From NCBI GenBank assembly GCA_046262595.1, contig JBHEMM010000004.1, positions 21,761 to 82,783 of the forward strand: a stretch of DNA of 61,023 bases, given 5' to 3'. The notes under the pieces are model-generated. The model saw only the letters and a program-made list of their open reading frames with translations, did no database searches and was not told the DNA's origin. This stretch comes from Vulcanimicrobiaceae bacterium. Its GTDB lineage: Bacteria > Vulcanimicrobiota > Vulcanimicrobiia > Vulcanimicrobiales > Vulcanimicrobiaceae. Positions 30,709 to 40,051 of this stretch are shown here, piece by piece. Within the stretch, counting starts at the first letter, position 1, and every line of letters starts with the position of its first letter. The position numbers were made by a program, and so were the translations under genes.

Positions 30709-31152
30709 TTAATAGAGTCCAAGGTCGGCCATGAGGTCGGCCACGTTGCCTTCGGGTGCGGCGTGCGCCCCGAACCGCTCTTTCGCCCAGACTTCGATCC
30801 GCGTGAACGAGCCGATGGAGACGACCTCGCGGTCGATGCCGGCGTACGAACGAAGCGCCGCCGGCAAGAGCAGCCGCCCTTGGGCGTCGCACGCGACCTC
30901 TTCGGTATGCGCGAAGACCTGGCGCACGAAGCGCCGGTAACGGTCGTCCTTGCGGGGCGCAGCTTCAAGACGGGCGCAGAACTCGTCCCAAGCGGCTTGC
31001 GGGTAAAGAACCAGGCACGGGTCGGGCTGCGCGATGGTCAAAATGAAGCCGGCGCCGAGGCGCTCCCGGAAGCGCGCGGGAACAATGAGGCGGCCCTTTT
31101 CATCAAGAGCATGCTCCACCGAGCCCGTAAAACGCGGCAACTCCGAGTGCAA
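30709..31152 (-). CDS. mraZ: Division/cell wall cluster regulator MraZ
   Basis: Two DxxGR motifs (LDEKGRLIVP, CDAQGRLLLP); TTG start after GGAGG. Confidence 0.96.
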   Translation of the reverse strand: MHSELPRFTGSVEHALDEKGRLIVPARFRERLGAGFILTIAQPDPCLVLYPQAAWDEFCARLEAAPRKDDRYRRFVRQVFAHTEEVACDAQGRLLLPAALRSYAGIDREVVSIGSFTRIEVWAKERFGAHAAPEGNVADLMADLGLY

Positions 31153-31169
31153 TATGCCTCCCTCTCCAA

Positions 31170-31221
31170 CCACTTTGCACCACTTCCCACCACTATACGC
31201 TTTTGTAGGGGGGCGATGCAA
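31170..31221 (-). promoter_or_regulatory. dcw promoter with MraZ-binding direct repeats
   Basis: TTGCAT-N18-TATAGT overlapping three AGTGG boxes at 10-nt period (31194, 31184, 31174). Confidence 0.85.
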
Positions 31222-31353
31222 CTTTCAAGCGTCTTCATTGTCTGTCACAAGCTGAATGGCGCGCCGTTTGGGCCGCGCTCGTCGCCGCGCGCCGGCATAC
31301 GTTGCGCGACCCTTCATGCATTCTTCAGGCGTTGGCGGTAAGTCAACGAAGCA

Positions 31354-31854
31354 ATGAGCTCGACAACCATCTCTCGTTCACAGCCTCTTCAAAACCGCCG
31401 TGAGACGGCGGCCTCAGCAGGACGCGTTGTATTGACGTTCCTTGCCGCCGGCATCGCTTTGGCATTTGCAGTTTATACTGCCGTTGCATTGACCGGCATG
31501 TCACAGAACATCGGCGATATGCGAACGGCGGCCCTAAATCGCACGAATCAGCAACTCAGCGAAACGAATGCACATTTCAAAGAGGCGAACGCATCTGCTG
31601 CGCGGCACGGAGCGGCGGGTTCAAACGACGAACACGACGCTCCGGCTTACGACGGACCGCCTGGGCGATACCAAGCATCTGCTGATCCGCACGAACAGCG
31701 GCTGACGGGCATGTCCCAGGACTCGCGGCTTACCGTTACCGCCTTAACGCTCACCAACGGGAAACTTCGACTGACAAATAAGTCGCTTGCGTCTATGCAG
31801 GCGCAGATCACGACGATTACCCACAAGATTACCCACGCGAAGATCCTGTTTTGA
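31354..31854 (+). CDS. Membrane-anchored heptad-repeat (LxxTNxxL) coiled-coil protein with an apparently frameshifted middle
   Basis: TM then LNRTNQQLSETN and LTLTNGKLRLTNKSL; the repeat continues only in the +1 frame at 31592-31702. Confidence 0.6.
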   Translation: MSSTTISRSQPLQNRRETAASAGRVVLTFLAAGIALAFAVYTAVALTGMSQNIGDMRTAALNRTNQQLSETNAHFKEANASAARHGAAGSNDEHDAPAYDGPPGRYQASADPHEQRLTGMSQDSRLTVTALTLTNGKLRLTNKSLASMQAQITTITHKITHAKILF

Positions 31855-31895
31855 ACATTTTGGCAAGTTGCCGGGATGCGCGGCTTCCCGCTCGG

Positions 31896-32363
31896 TTAGA
31901 GCAGGAGCCGCTGCATGAACGTCGCGTTTTGGTACCATACCGCGCCGTACGGCTCGCACTCTTCGAAGCCAAAAGAACGGTACAAACGATAGGCGGCCGG
32001 TAAGCGATCTTTCTCGGTATCGAGCACGACGCGCCCGTACCGCTGCCTATGACAAAACTTCAACGCGGCAGCGACAAGCTCGCGCGCGATACCGTGCTGC
32101 TGGTATTCCGGCTTGATATAAAGCCGCTGAATGATTGCGGCCGATGCATCGAGATGAGCCGTTGCAACACAACCCGCCGCAGCACCGCCCATCTTCGCGA
32201 CAAACGCCGCATGCGGCCGATCGTATGCCGCACGCACGGACGCTCGATCCGGCTCGCTACCGTGCCGCAAGTCGGCGGGAAGGCTGCGGTCGTATTCGGC
32301 GAGCAGTTCCGTGAACCGGTGCAGCGCGTCATCGTCGCGCACGTCGAGCGTCGTTATCTCCAT
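31896..32363 (-). CDS. GNAT family N-acetyltransferase
   Basis: RLYIKPEYQQHGIAREL (motif A), AYRLYRSFGF. Confidence 0.92.
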   Translation of the reverse strand: MEITTLDVRDDDALHRFTELLAEYDRSLPADLRHGSEPDRASVRAAYDRPHAAFVAKMGGAAAGCVATAHLDASAAIIQRLYIKPEYQQHGIARELVAAALKFCHRQRYGRVVLDTEKDRLPAAYRLYRSFGFEECEPYGAVWYQNATFMQRLLL

Positions 32364-32421
32364 TCTTTGCCGTCGGCGTTACGGCCGCGGCTCGCCTTCC
32401 CTCTCTGGGTAAAAACCGCGC

Positions 32422-32964
32422 ATGACAAGCAGCGCAATCGAACAGATTCCGCCTTTCCCCGGCAAACCCGATGACGATCACCTCGTGAATATCGTCGTGG
32501 AAACGCCGCGCGGCGTCCGCCACAAGTACGCGCTCGATGCAGCCTCGGGGCTCTTCAAACTGAAAACGACCATACCCGAGGGCCTGCAATGGCCGTACGA
32601 CTACGGCTTCGTTCCGGGCACGAAGGGCGCTGACGGCGACCCGGTGGATATCTTGTTCCTCGACGACGCGCCGACGTTCCCCGGCTGCCTGCTCGAAGCG
32701 CGGCTGCTGGGCATCGTGCGCCTGGAGAAAAACGGCGAACGGAACGACCGTCTCGTGGCGTGCGCGAAGCGCGTTGAAGGTGTGGCGCAAACGACCGATC
32801 CGTACGAGCGGCTCGCGGACTTGCCCGAAACTTCCATCAACAGCCTATGCCGCTTTCTCGTCGAGTACTCGGCCGAGGCCGGCAACACGATCGTTTTTAA
32901 AGGTATCGACGGCCGCAAAAAGGCGCTCGCGGCGATCCGCGAGGGAATCGAGCGTTTCCGGTAG
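32422..32964 (+). CDS. ppa: Family I inorganic pyrophosphatase
   Basis: VETPRG...KY, YGFVPGT...DGDPVD signature. Confidence 0.92.
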   Translation: MTSSAIEQIPPFPGKPDDDHLVNIVVETPRGVRHKYALDAASGLFKLKTTIPEGLQWPYDYGFVPGTKGADGDPVDILFLDDAPTFPGCLLEARLLGIVRLEKNGERNDRLVACAKRVEGVAQTTDPYERLADLPETSINSLCRFLVEYSAEAGNTIVFKGIDGRKKALAAIREGIERFR

Positions 32965-32979
32965 CCGGCCCGCGGGTAT
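32954..32979 (+). promoter_or_regulatory. sigmaB/sigmaF-type promoter
   Basis: GTTTCC-N14-GGGTAT upstream of SD GAAGGGAG and ATG 33007. Confidence 0.55.
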
Positions 32980-33006
32980 ATCATGTGATCCGAAGGGAGT
33001 TTCGCC

Positions 33007-33237
33007 ATGACGACGCTCGAGCAGCCGCTATTTCACGTTACCGGAACCGTCGTGTTTTCGCTTACGTCGAAGCGCCGGTTGCGCGCGTGCCTTGCCGGCG
33101 CGCCGCCCGCGTATCGTGTGCTCAAGGGCGTACGCATCCGAGACGGCCACCGCGGTTTGAAAAATTTCGCGCTCGCCGGTGCGCTGCGGATCCGCTTGCA
33201 GTTACCTCGTTCAACCAGCTCGTGGAGTCGCCGCTAA
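33007..33237 (+). CDS. Small basic hypothetical protein (76 aa)
   Basis: Has its own promoter-like motif, an SD (AAGGGAG) and a downstream terminator. Confidence 0.55.
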   Translation: MTTLEQPLFHVTGTVVFSLTSKRRLRACLAGAPPAYRVLKGVRIRDGHRGLKNFALAGALRIRLQLPRSTSSWSRR

Positions 33238-33255
33238 CGGCCGCACATCGCTAAC

Positions 33256-33296
33256 AAACAGAAAGGCCGGTGCACCTGCACCGGCCTTTCTGTTTT
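33256..33296. terminator. Bidirectional intrinsic terminator
   Basis: AAACAGAAAGGCCGGTGCA-cc-TGCACCGGCCTTTCTGTTT perfect inverted repeat between convergent genes. Confidence 0.92.
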
Positions 33297-33309
33297 GCGC
33301 CGTGCGCCG

Positions 33310-35703
33310 TTAGATGGCTTGCGCTAACGCCCAGCCCTTCGGTGCGCCGATGCCGGTGACCAGATCGTATCCGGTGACGGCGTTGTACGCGCCGTTCGTG
33401 CCCGAGGTTACGTCGGTGTAGTCGGTATACGAGCTGTTCTTGAAGATGCTGTACAGCGTCGGATTCACCCATCCGAACTTGGTGCTGTGCAGCTGATTCA
33501 CTTCAGCCATATACGCGGTGAATTCCGGCGAAGACCACGACGTGCCGTCAACCTTCATCCAGCCGCCCTGGCCCGAAGCGTACACGGCAACGCCGATGCC
33601 CGGAAGCGACACGTCGGGCTGATTGCGTCCCGAGCTGTTCGTTCCGGATACGCCCGACTGGTAGCTCGGCAGTGCGAACACCGTCGAAACGCCGCCGCCG
33701 GACTGGAATCCGTTGGCCGTGTCGTTCGCAGCGACGATGCTCGTGAGCGCGCCGGTCGTGCTGCTTTGCGTGAAGTCGACGGCGCCGACGGAAACGAAGT
33801 ACGGGCCGCCCGCCGGCGCGCTAACGCCCAGCGCACCGCTGCACTCGTTGCTGCCCGAGTCGCCCGAAGAGGCCATGAACGTCATGCCCTTTGCTGCGGC
33901 TTGCTGCGCGATCGAGTTCGTGGTATTGGCGAACGGCGTGTCGCCGGACTCGCATCCGCCGAACGAGCTGTTCACCACGCTGGCGATGCCGTCGTTCACG
34001 GCTGCGTTATAGCCGTCTTCGATGTGCTGATCGCTTAGATCGGGGAAGTTGTAGACGCGGATGTTCGAGGCCGGCGCAAGACCCGAAACGGTTTCCACGT
34101 CGAGCGCGGTTTCCACGTAATCGCTGCTGGAAGCAACGCCGCCGCCGTCAACCGCGACGTTCGTGATCGATCCGCTTTGCGTGATGCCCGCCGCACTCAT
34201 GTACGTGCTGACATCGCTCGCCGTGATCGGCGTATCGATTTCGATTGCAACGGTTTGACCCGAGCCCGTGCATCCGTGTTCGGACGGGAAGTCGAACGCC
34301 TTTGCAACGCCCGTCGCCAAATGTCCGTTCGTGCTGCTCAGCGGCCCATTCAACGCCGCAGCGTTGTTGCAATTACCGCTCGGAGTCGGCGTCGGCGCAG
34401 GGGTTGCCGTCTTGACCGGCGTCGGCGTCGGCACAGGCGTTGCCGTCGGTGCAGGCGTTGCCGTCTTGACCGGCGTCGGCGTCGGCGCAGGTGTTGCGGT
34501 CGGCGCTGGTGTCGGCGTCGCGCTGCCGCCCGAGAGGCTTACGTCGTCAACGTACTGCCACGTGTACAGATACGGATAGCCGTCGCCATGCACGCCGAAG
34601 TACAGCCAGAGCGTTTGGCCGGCATACGAGCTGAGACTGTAGCTCTTCTGCACCCAACCGCTGGCGTTGCTGACCGTCTTGTAGAACTGAACGACGCGCG
34701 TGCCGGAGCTGTTGAGCAAAGCGGCTTCCTGCCACGCGTACGACGTGTCCGATTCGGTGGACGTCTGGTATACCCAGAACGTCAGCGTACCGCTCGAGGG
34801 AATCGTCACTTGCTGGCAGATGCCCGAGTCGCCGTTCGGTTCGCCGGCGTTGGAGTTTGTGGAACCCATGCGGCCGCTGTACGAACCGGTGTGCGGATGA
34901 TTCGTCGAAACCGTCGGGTTCATGTTCGAGCTGCCGCAGAAGCTCCACGAGCTTAGCGTGCCGGTTTCAAAACCGGGATTTCCCACGACGTTCGCCATCG
35001 TGTGCACGGCTTGCGGGTGCATGCCGCCCGAAGGAACGGTGAGATTGGTGTTCGAGGCATGGCGCCCGGCGCTCGCGCCGGCCTGCGTGTGTGCGACGAT
35101 GACGTTATTGAGGGAGAGGTCTTTTACGAACGGAGCGATCGCCGCGGGAACCGCCGGATTCTTCACGTTCATGAAACGGCGTCCGAACTTGCCTTGATTC
35201 ACATCGTGAATCTCGGTGGTGAAGAAGCGTTCCACGGCGCCGCTCGACGCGCGCGCATCGATGATCGTGCGGTTCGCAAAGCGCTGCGTGATCGTAAATC
35301 CGGCGGATTGCAGCGCCGAAAGCACGGCCTGTTCCTGCTGCGCCGTCGGCGCGTAGTATGCATTGAACTGCGCCGTGGTCAAATAGTGGTGGTACATCGG
35401 CGAGGACGCGTCGGCTTGCGCGGCAACGAGCGCATCGAGTTCGGATTGGTGGTTGTACGCAAGCGTCAGCGAAACAGTGACGGGAGCGCTCGCGGAGCGG
35501 CGGCCCAAATCCGAAACCGAAAACTCACCGGAAGGATGAACGACCGCGCCCGGTTGGCTACGCGCAACGCTTTCGGCGGCGCGCGAGCCGCCGGTTTGGC
35601 TGGTCGAGCCGATCGGCGGCGGCGTCAGTGAGTGGCCGCCGCAGGCGCTGAGCGCCATGCCGAAAGCAAGGACGGACGCTATGGCCCTAGAGGATGTTCG
35701 CAT
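33310..35703 (-). CDS. Sedolisin (S53) serine-carboxyl peptidase lipoprotein with an inserted CBM-like domain
   Basis: Lipobox LSAC, activation prodomain, ETALD (E-x3-D), SSGDSG, GTSWSSP, GYDLVTGIG; SD AAGGAG. Confidence 0.93.
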   Translation of the reverse strand: MRTSSRAIASVLAFGMALSACGGHSLTPPPIGSTSQTGGSRAAESVARSQPGAVVHPSGEFSVSDLGRRSASAPVTVSLTLAYNHQSELDALVAAQADASSPMYHHYLTTAQFNAYYAPTAQQEQAVLSALQSAGFTITQRFANRTIIDARASSGAVERFFTTEIHDVNQGKFGRRFMNVKNPAVPAAIAPFVKDLSLNNVIVAHTQAGASAGRHASNTNLTVPSGGMHPQAVHTMANVVGNPGFETGTLSSWSFCGSSNMNPTVSTNHPHTGSYSGRMGSTNSNAGEPNGDSGICQQVTIPSSGTLTFWVYQTSTESDTSYAWQEAALLNSSGTRVVQFYKTVSNASGWVQKSYSLSSYAGQTLWLYFGVHGDGYPYLYTWQYVDDVSLSGGSATPTPAPTATPAPTPTPVKTATPAPTATPVPTPTPVKTATPAPTPTPSGNCNNAAALNGPLSSTNGHLATGVAKAFDFPSEHGCTGSGQTVAIEIDTPITASDVSTYMSAAGITQSGSITNVAVDGGGVASSSDYVETALDVETVSGLAPASNIRVYNFPDLSDQHIEDGYNAAVNDGIASVVNSSFGGCESGDTPFANTTNSIAQQAAAKGMTFMASSGDSGSNECSGALGVSAPAGGPYFVSVGAVDFTQSSTTGALTSIVAANDTANGFQSGGGVSTVFALPSYQSGVSGTNSSGRNQPDVSLPGIGVAVYASGQGGWMKVDGTSWSSPEFTAYMAEVNQLHSTKFGWVNPTLYSIFKNSSYTDYTDVTSGTNGAYNAVTGYDLVTGIGAPKGWALAQAI
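34381..34522. repeat. Pro/Thr linker tandem repeat (54-bp unit)
   Basis: GTTGCCGTCTTGACCGGCGTCGGCGTCGGC at 34403 and 34457; encodes PTPTPVKTATPA repeats. Confidence 0.85.
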
Positions 35704-35961
35704 AGGACTCCTTAGAACGGAATGCAGCAAAAACGGGCGGGCGCGCTCCACACGCACTCGGGCCGTGCGATCAACCGTAAAGGTTTCGTTAACGCCTGTC
35801 TAGGAGGCATTTTCCATATAGCCCCCGCTTGGTGGCTCCGAAAAGGCGGAGAAGGCAACCGAGCCTGAACTCCTAGGACCTTCGTTCTAGGAATGTTAGG
35901 ATGCGGTGAACGTGCCCCGTCCGCGCAGGCGGGGTACAGGAGCATTGAGAAAGGCGGTGGC

Positions 35962-36435
35962 ATGCGGAAGCTTTTCGGGCTTTTCCTGGTTTTGGGCGTG
36001 CTCTACGGCTGCAGCGATGCGGGCGTATTGCCGTATGCGCCCTCGAGCCTGGACGCCTCGCAGATTCAAGCGCTCGTTACCGGCGCGTCCTCGCGTAACG
36101 ACGTTGCCGCAGGCCTCGTCAACGCCGTCGTCATGGCTGAATCGGCCGGCAATCCTGCTGCCGTCAGCAGCGCCGGCGCGCAGGGTCTAATGCAGATCAT
36201 GCCCGAGACCGCCTCATCGTGCGGCGTGAGCAACGCTTTCGACCCGGCGCAGAACGTCGATTGCGGAACGCGCTACCTGCACTCGCTTCTCGCGCGCTAC
36301 AACAATAACGTGGAACTCGCCGTCGCCGCTTACAATGCCGGCCCCGGCGCCGTGGATCAGTACCGTGGCGTTCCACCGTATGCCGAAACGCGCGCTTACG
36401 TGCAACGCGTGCTCTCGGCATACCGTAACTATTAG
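35962..36435 (+). CDS. Lytic transglycosylase (SLT) lipoprotein
   Basis: Lipobox LYGC; AES, GAQGLMQIMP, AAYNAGPG, ETRAYV. Confidence 0.95.
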   Translation: MRKLFGLFLVLGVLYGCSDAGVLPYAPSSLDASQIQALVTGASSRNDVAAGLVNAVVMAESAGNPAAVSSAGAQGLMQIMPETASSCGVSNAFDPAQNVDCGTRYLHSLLARYNNNVELAVAAYNAGPGAVDQYRGVPPYAETRAYVQRVLSAYRNY

Positions 36436-36451
36436 CGACTAGGTACGTTCG

Positions 36452-37606
36452 TTGGCGTCCGTGTCCGGAGCACGCAGCGCTCCTGCTGCGATCTCCCGCC
36501 CGCGTTTTCTCCCAATCCTCGATGCGTATCTCTTAGGCGAGTTCGTCATGCCGTTCGTGCTCGCGTTTGCGATCATGTACGTGTTCTGGGCGTTCAACAT
36601 CTACTTCTTGGCGCTCAAGTTCATCGCGCAGGCCAACGCGCCGTTCTTTCTGGTCCTGCGCTTTATCGTTTTCCGCATCCCGCAGGCCATCCCGTTCGCG
36701 TTTCCCTTCGCTACGCTCGCTGCGACGATGCTAGGCATGGGGCGGCTGCAGGGCGATAACGAGGTCAACGCCATCCGCACGAACGGCGTCTCGCTCTGGC
36801 GGCTGTGCGTAACGCCGCTAATCTTTGGTTTTTGCGTGTTTTTGGCGGCCTGGGCCGCAAACGAATATATTGCGCCGCGCTCGGTCGACCTTTCCACGCG
36901 CACGTTTTATCAAATCGTTTACCACACGGCCTCTTTGCCGCTGGACGCGCAGTTCTTCCGCAAGGATCCCGACACGAACAACGAGTTCTTCGTGAACCAA
37001 GTTCTTGGCGACGGCCGCACGATGCAGGGCGTGCAGATTTTCAAGCCCGGACGCAGCGGCGTATGGAACGAAACGATCCAGGCGCAGACGGCACACGTCG
37101 AGGGCGCAACGCTCGTGCTCAACAAAGCGATCCTCACCTTTTATAACGCGCAAGGGTACGAGACATCGCAAACCACGACGCCGGAATTCCGCATCGGCTT
37201 GCCGCTGGGCGAGAGCGCGATGCAGTTCATGACCAATCAAAACGCCGATGCGTGGACGATGAACTCCAAGGACCTGAAGGCCCGCGTCTCGGCACTGCAG
37301 TCGCAAGGCGTCGGCGGTGAGGCGCTGGGCAATCTGGAGATGAACCTGGCCGACAAGCTGGCGTTCCCGTTCGCCTCGTTCGTGAGCGTGCTCATCGCGC
37401 TGCCGCTGGCCTTCCGCTTCGGAAAAAAGGGACGCGGCGTCGGAATGGGCATGACCGTTCTTGCGTTCATTGTGTATTACTTCATGACCGAGGCAGCGTC
37501 CGCGTTCGGCAGCACCGGGCGCGTAAACCCGTACGTTATCTCGTGGATGCCGAACGTGCTGTTCGGGTTAGGCGGCTTGTTCATGCTCTGGAAGGAAGAC
37601 CGCTGA
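36452..37606 (+). CDS. LptF/LptG family permease
   Basis: ILDAYL, 3 TM + periplasmic beta domain + 3 TM, NEVNAIRTNGVS, WMPN. Confidence 0.9.
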   Translation: MASVSGARSAPAAISRPRFLPILDAYLLGEFVMPFVLAFAIMYVFWAFNIYFLALKFIAQANAPFFLVLRFIVFRIPQAIPFAFPFATLAATMLGMGRLQGDNEVNAIRTNGVSLWRLCVTPLIFGFCVFLAAWAANEYIAPRSVDLSTRTFYQIVYHTASLPLDAQFFRKDPDTNNEFFVNQVLGDGRTMQGVQIFKPGRSGVWNETIQAQTAHVEGATLVLNKAILTFYNAQGYETSQTTTPEFRIGLPLGESAMQFMTNQNADAWTMNSKDLKARVSALQSQGVGGEALGNLEMNLADKLAFPFASFVSVLIALPLAFRFGKKGRGVGMGMTVLAFIVYYFMTEAASAFGSTGRVNPYVISWMPNVLFGLGGLFMLWKEDR

Positions 37607-40047
37607 AGATTCGCGCGCTCGCGTGCCTGCTTTCCTTCGCGGGCAGCCTGTGCGCAGGCACCGCCTCGGCAGCGCAGGCTACCTCGTTCGATGATCCCGC
37701 TTCCCAGCGCGCGATGGCGCTGCTCGGCGCGCGCAATTGCGGTGTGGTGGCTCAAGTGACCGCTGCGCCCTCACCTTCGGTGTCCCCCTCGCCTAGCGGC
37801 TCGCCGACCGTGCCGCCTGCCTTGGGGCAACCCGGCGGTCCGCTTTACGCCACGCCGTTTGCGACTGGTTCGCCCGTGACGCCGCCGCCCGTGCCGACGC
37901 CGACGCCCGAAACGAGCGGCAGCCCCGGACCCGTCTTTTTGGTTCGTCCCTCGGGCGCGCCGTCCATCGCGCCGCACGGGCAAACGGCGCCGTCCGCTTC
38001 GCCGTCCGCCTCGCCGAGCGCCGAGCCGACGCTTCGCCCGGGCGATGTCGCCGTTTTGGCCGACAAAGTGGCGTTCAGCACAAAGCCCGGCGTGCCGGGT
38101 GACGCGACGGGGAACGTGCACGTGTTTTACCGCGATCAAGTGCTTGTCGGCGATCGCGCGCATTACGACGGCATTCGCACCATTACGGTGACGGGCAACC
38201 CGTACATCGTCAACAACACCAAGAACACGATCTTGTACGCGGACAAAATCACGTTCGATACGGTGGCGCAAAAAGCGGCGCTGACCAACGGACGCGGCCA
38301 GAGCTCGCAAGGCGTCGAGCGCGGCTTAGTGTACTACGGGGCGAAAGATTTTGCGACCGACCAGCACGGCGTCGCGCACGGGAACTTCGCGACGTTGACC
38401 ACCTGCGAGCGGCCGCGCGCGGGCTACCACGTCACCGGGAAAACGATCGACGTCTATCCGGGGGACAAAATCGTCATCTCGCGCGCGATCTTGTGGCTCG
38501 GAGCGGCGGCGGTGTTCCTGATACCGAAACTCGTCATTCCGCTGCGTACCGTTTCCGACGAGCGGCAGAAGCCGCAGTTTTTCCCGGAGATGGGCTACAA
38601 CTCGTATCAGGGCTACTTCGTTAAAGCGCACTTGGGTTTCGGCTACACGCAGTATTATTACGGCTACTACACGATCGAGTTTTACAGCAAACAGGGTGTA
38701 ACGCTCGGGTATAACGGTTCGATCAATAAAAAGAACGGGCGCCGGCAGACCAATATCAACGTGCAGCGCGTTCAAGACCGCATCCAGAAGCAAACCAAAT
38801 ACAACGTCTCGCTCAACGACGTGGAGAACTTCTCGCAGACGCTGCACGCCAACATCGCGTACGGGTATCAAAGCGCGTTCGGCCCGTACACGCAGTTCCC
38901 GCCGTCCCAAAATCTCAACGTCTCGCTCTCGCATATGCGCCCGAGCGAATCGCAGACCTACACGCTGGCGAAAACCTCGACCGGCACGCAGTCGAAGTCG
39001 TGGAACTTAGGCTTTGCCGACACGCGGCAGTTCTCGAGCACGCTGCAGAACAGCTTCAGCGCGAACTTGAGCCGCTCCGAGGCCACCTACGGCACGTTCT
39101 TTTCAACGTCCACCGGGCACGTCACGGACCTGGTTCACTGGGCGAGCAAGGGCGTCGACTACCAGTTGAACTTCGACAAGTCGTACACGAACACGCCCTC
39201 GGACATCAACAAAGAACCCGAACTGATCGTGCGGCCGAACTTGTTCAGCCCGCACTTCATCTTTCCGGTCTCGCCCACGCTCACCATCGGCGAATACAAC
39301 GAGCCGCAGACGCCGGAGACCACCACCCGGGCCGATCTGGCACTGAACATGGGTCCGCTGATCTATAAGTTTTTGGGCAACGACTTCAACGCGCAGCTCA
39401 ACGTGCATCAGTATGCGTACGGCACCGGCGATCTCAAAGCCAGTGTGCTGCAGACGATGTCGCTCACCTCGCAGCTGGGCCAGCACGTGAACAACATCAT
39501 CTCGTACAACGAGAGCAATTACAACGGCCCGGGCACCGTGCCGTTCTCGACGCTCGATCTGCAAAACGGTCAGAACACGAAGAACGCGACGGATACCGTG
39601 CGCTTCTTTAACGGCGACATCTATAATTTCAGCTTAGGGTTCAGCACGGCGTTTAACCGTATGGCGCTGCCCGTGAACTACACGCTGACGCTGCGTCCGA
39701 CGCCTGCGATCTACGCCAATCTGCAAGGGACGTATAATCCGGGGCCCAGCAACGGCTTCTATCAAACCAACGCGCAGCTTGCATTTCCGCTCGGGGTCGG
39801 CGGCTACGTACAGTTCCAAGGCAACGTGGACTGGAAGCAGAAGGGCCGCATCGAGAACAAAACGATCTACTACAGCCGCATCATCGGCGACTGCTACGAG
39901 ATCCAGCTCACGTACAACCAAGATTCAAAGCAAGTCAATGCCGTGCTGAACCTGCTGGCTTTCCCCTCGCGCAGTGTGAGCTTCGGCTTAACGGACAAGG
40001 GGTCGATCATCCCCTCAAGCTTCAACGGCCAGAATTCGTCGTACTAG
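37603..40047 (+). CDS. lptD: LptD-like outer-membrane assembly protein
   Basis: Signal peptide, P/S/T linker, OstA-like jellyroll (ATGNVHVFY...TTCERPRAGYH), Y/N-rich beta-barrel; probable CTG start. Confidence 0.75.
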   Translation: MKIRALACLLSFAGSLCAGTASAAQATSFDDPASQRAMALLGARNCGVVAQVTAAPSPSVSPSPSGSPTVPPALGQPGGPLYATPFATGSPVTPPPVPTPTPETSGSPGPVFLVRPSGAPSIAPHGQTAPSASPSASPSAEPTLRPGDVAVLADKVAFSTKPGVPGDATGNVHVFYRDQVLVGDRAHYDGIRTITVTGNPYIVNNTKNTILYADKITFDTVAQKAALTNGRGQSSQGVERGLVYYGAKDFATDQHGVAHGNFATLTTCERPRAGYHVTGKTIDVYPGDKIVISRAILWLGAAAVFLIPKLVIPLRTVSDERQKPQFFPEMGYNSYQGYFVKAHLGFGYTQYYYGYYTIEFYSKQGVTLGYNGSINKKNGRRQTNINVQRVQDRIQKQTKYNVSLNDVENFSQTLHANIAYGYQSAFGPYTQFPPSQNLNVSLSHMRPSESQTYTLAKTSTGTQSKSWNLGFADTRQFSSTLQNSFSANLSRSEATYGTFFSTSTGHVTDLVHWASKGVDYQLNFDKSYTNTPSDINKEPELIVRPNLFSPHFIFPVSPTLTIGEYNEPQTPETTTRADLALNMGPLIYKFLGNDFNAQLNVHQYAYGTGDLKASVLQTMSLTSQLGQHVNNIISYNESNYNGPGTVPFSTLDLQNGQNTKNATDTVRFFNGDIYNFSLGFSTAFNRMALPVNYTLTLRPTPAIYANLQGTYNPGPSNGFYQTNAQLAFPLGVGGYVQFQGNVDWKQKGRIENKTIYYSRIIGDCYEIQLTYNQDSKQVNAVLNLLAFPSRSVSFGLTDKGSIIPSSFNGQNSSY

Positions 40048-40051
40048 CGCG

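Noticed and set aside
34381..34522. Tandem repeats as a possible CRISPR array
   Set aside because: They are in-frame Pro/Thr linker codons with no unique spacers and no cas genes; the same applies to the 60-nt KGG repeats.
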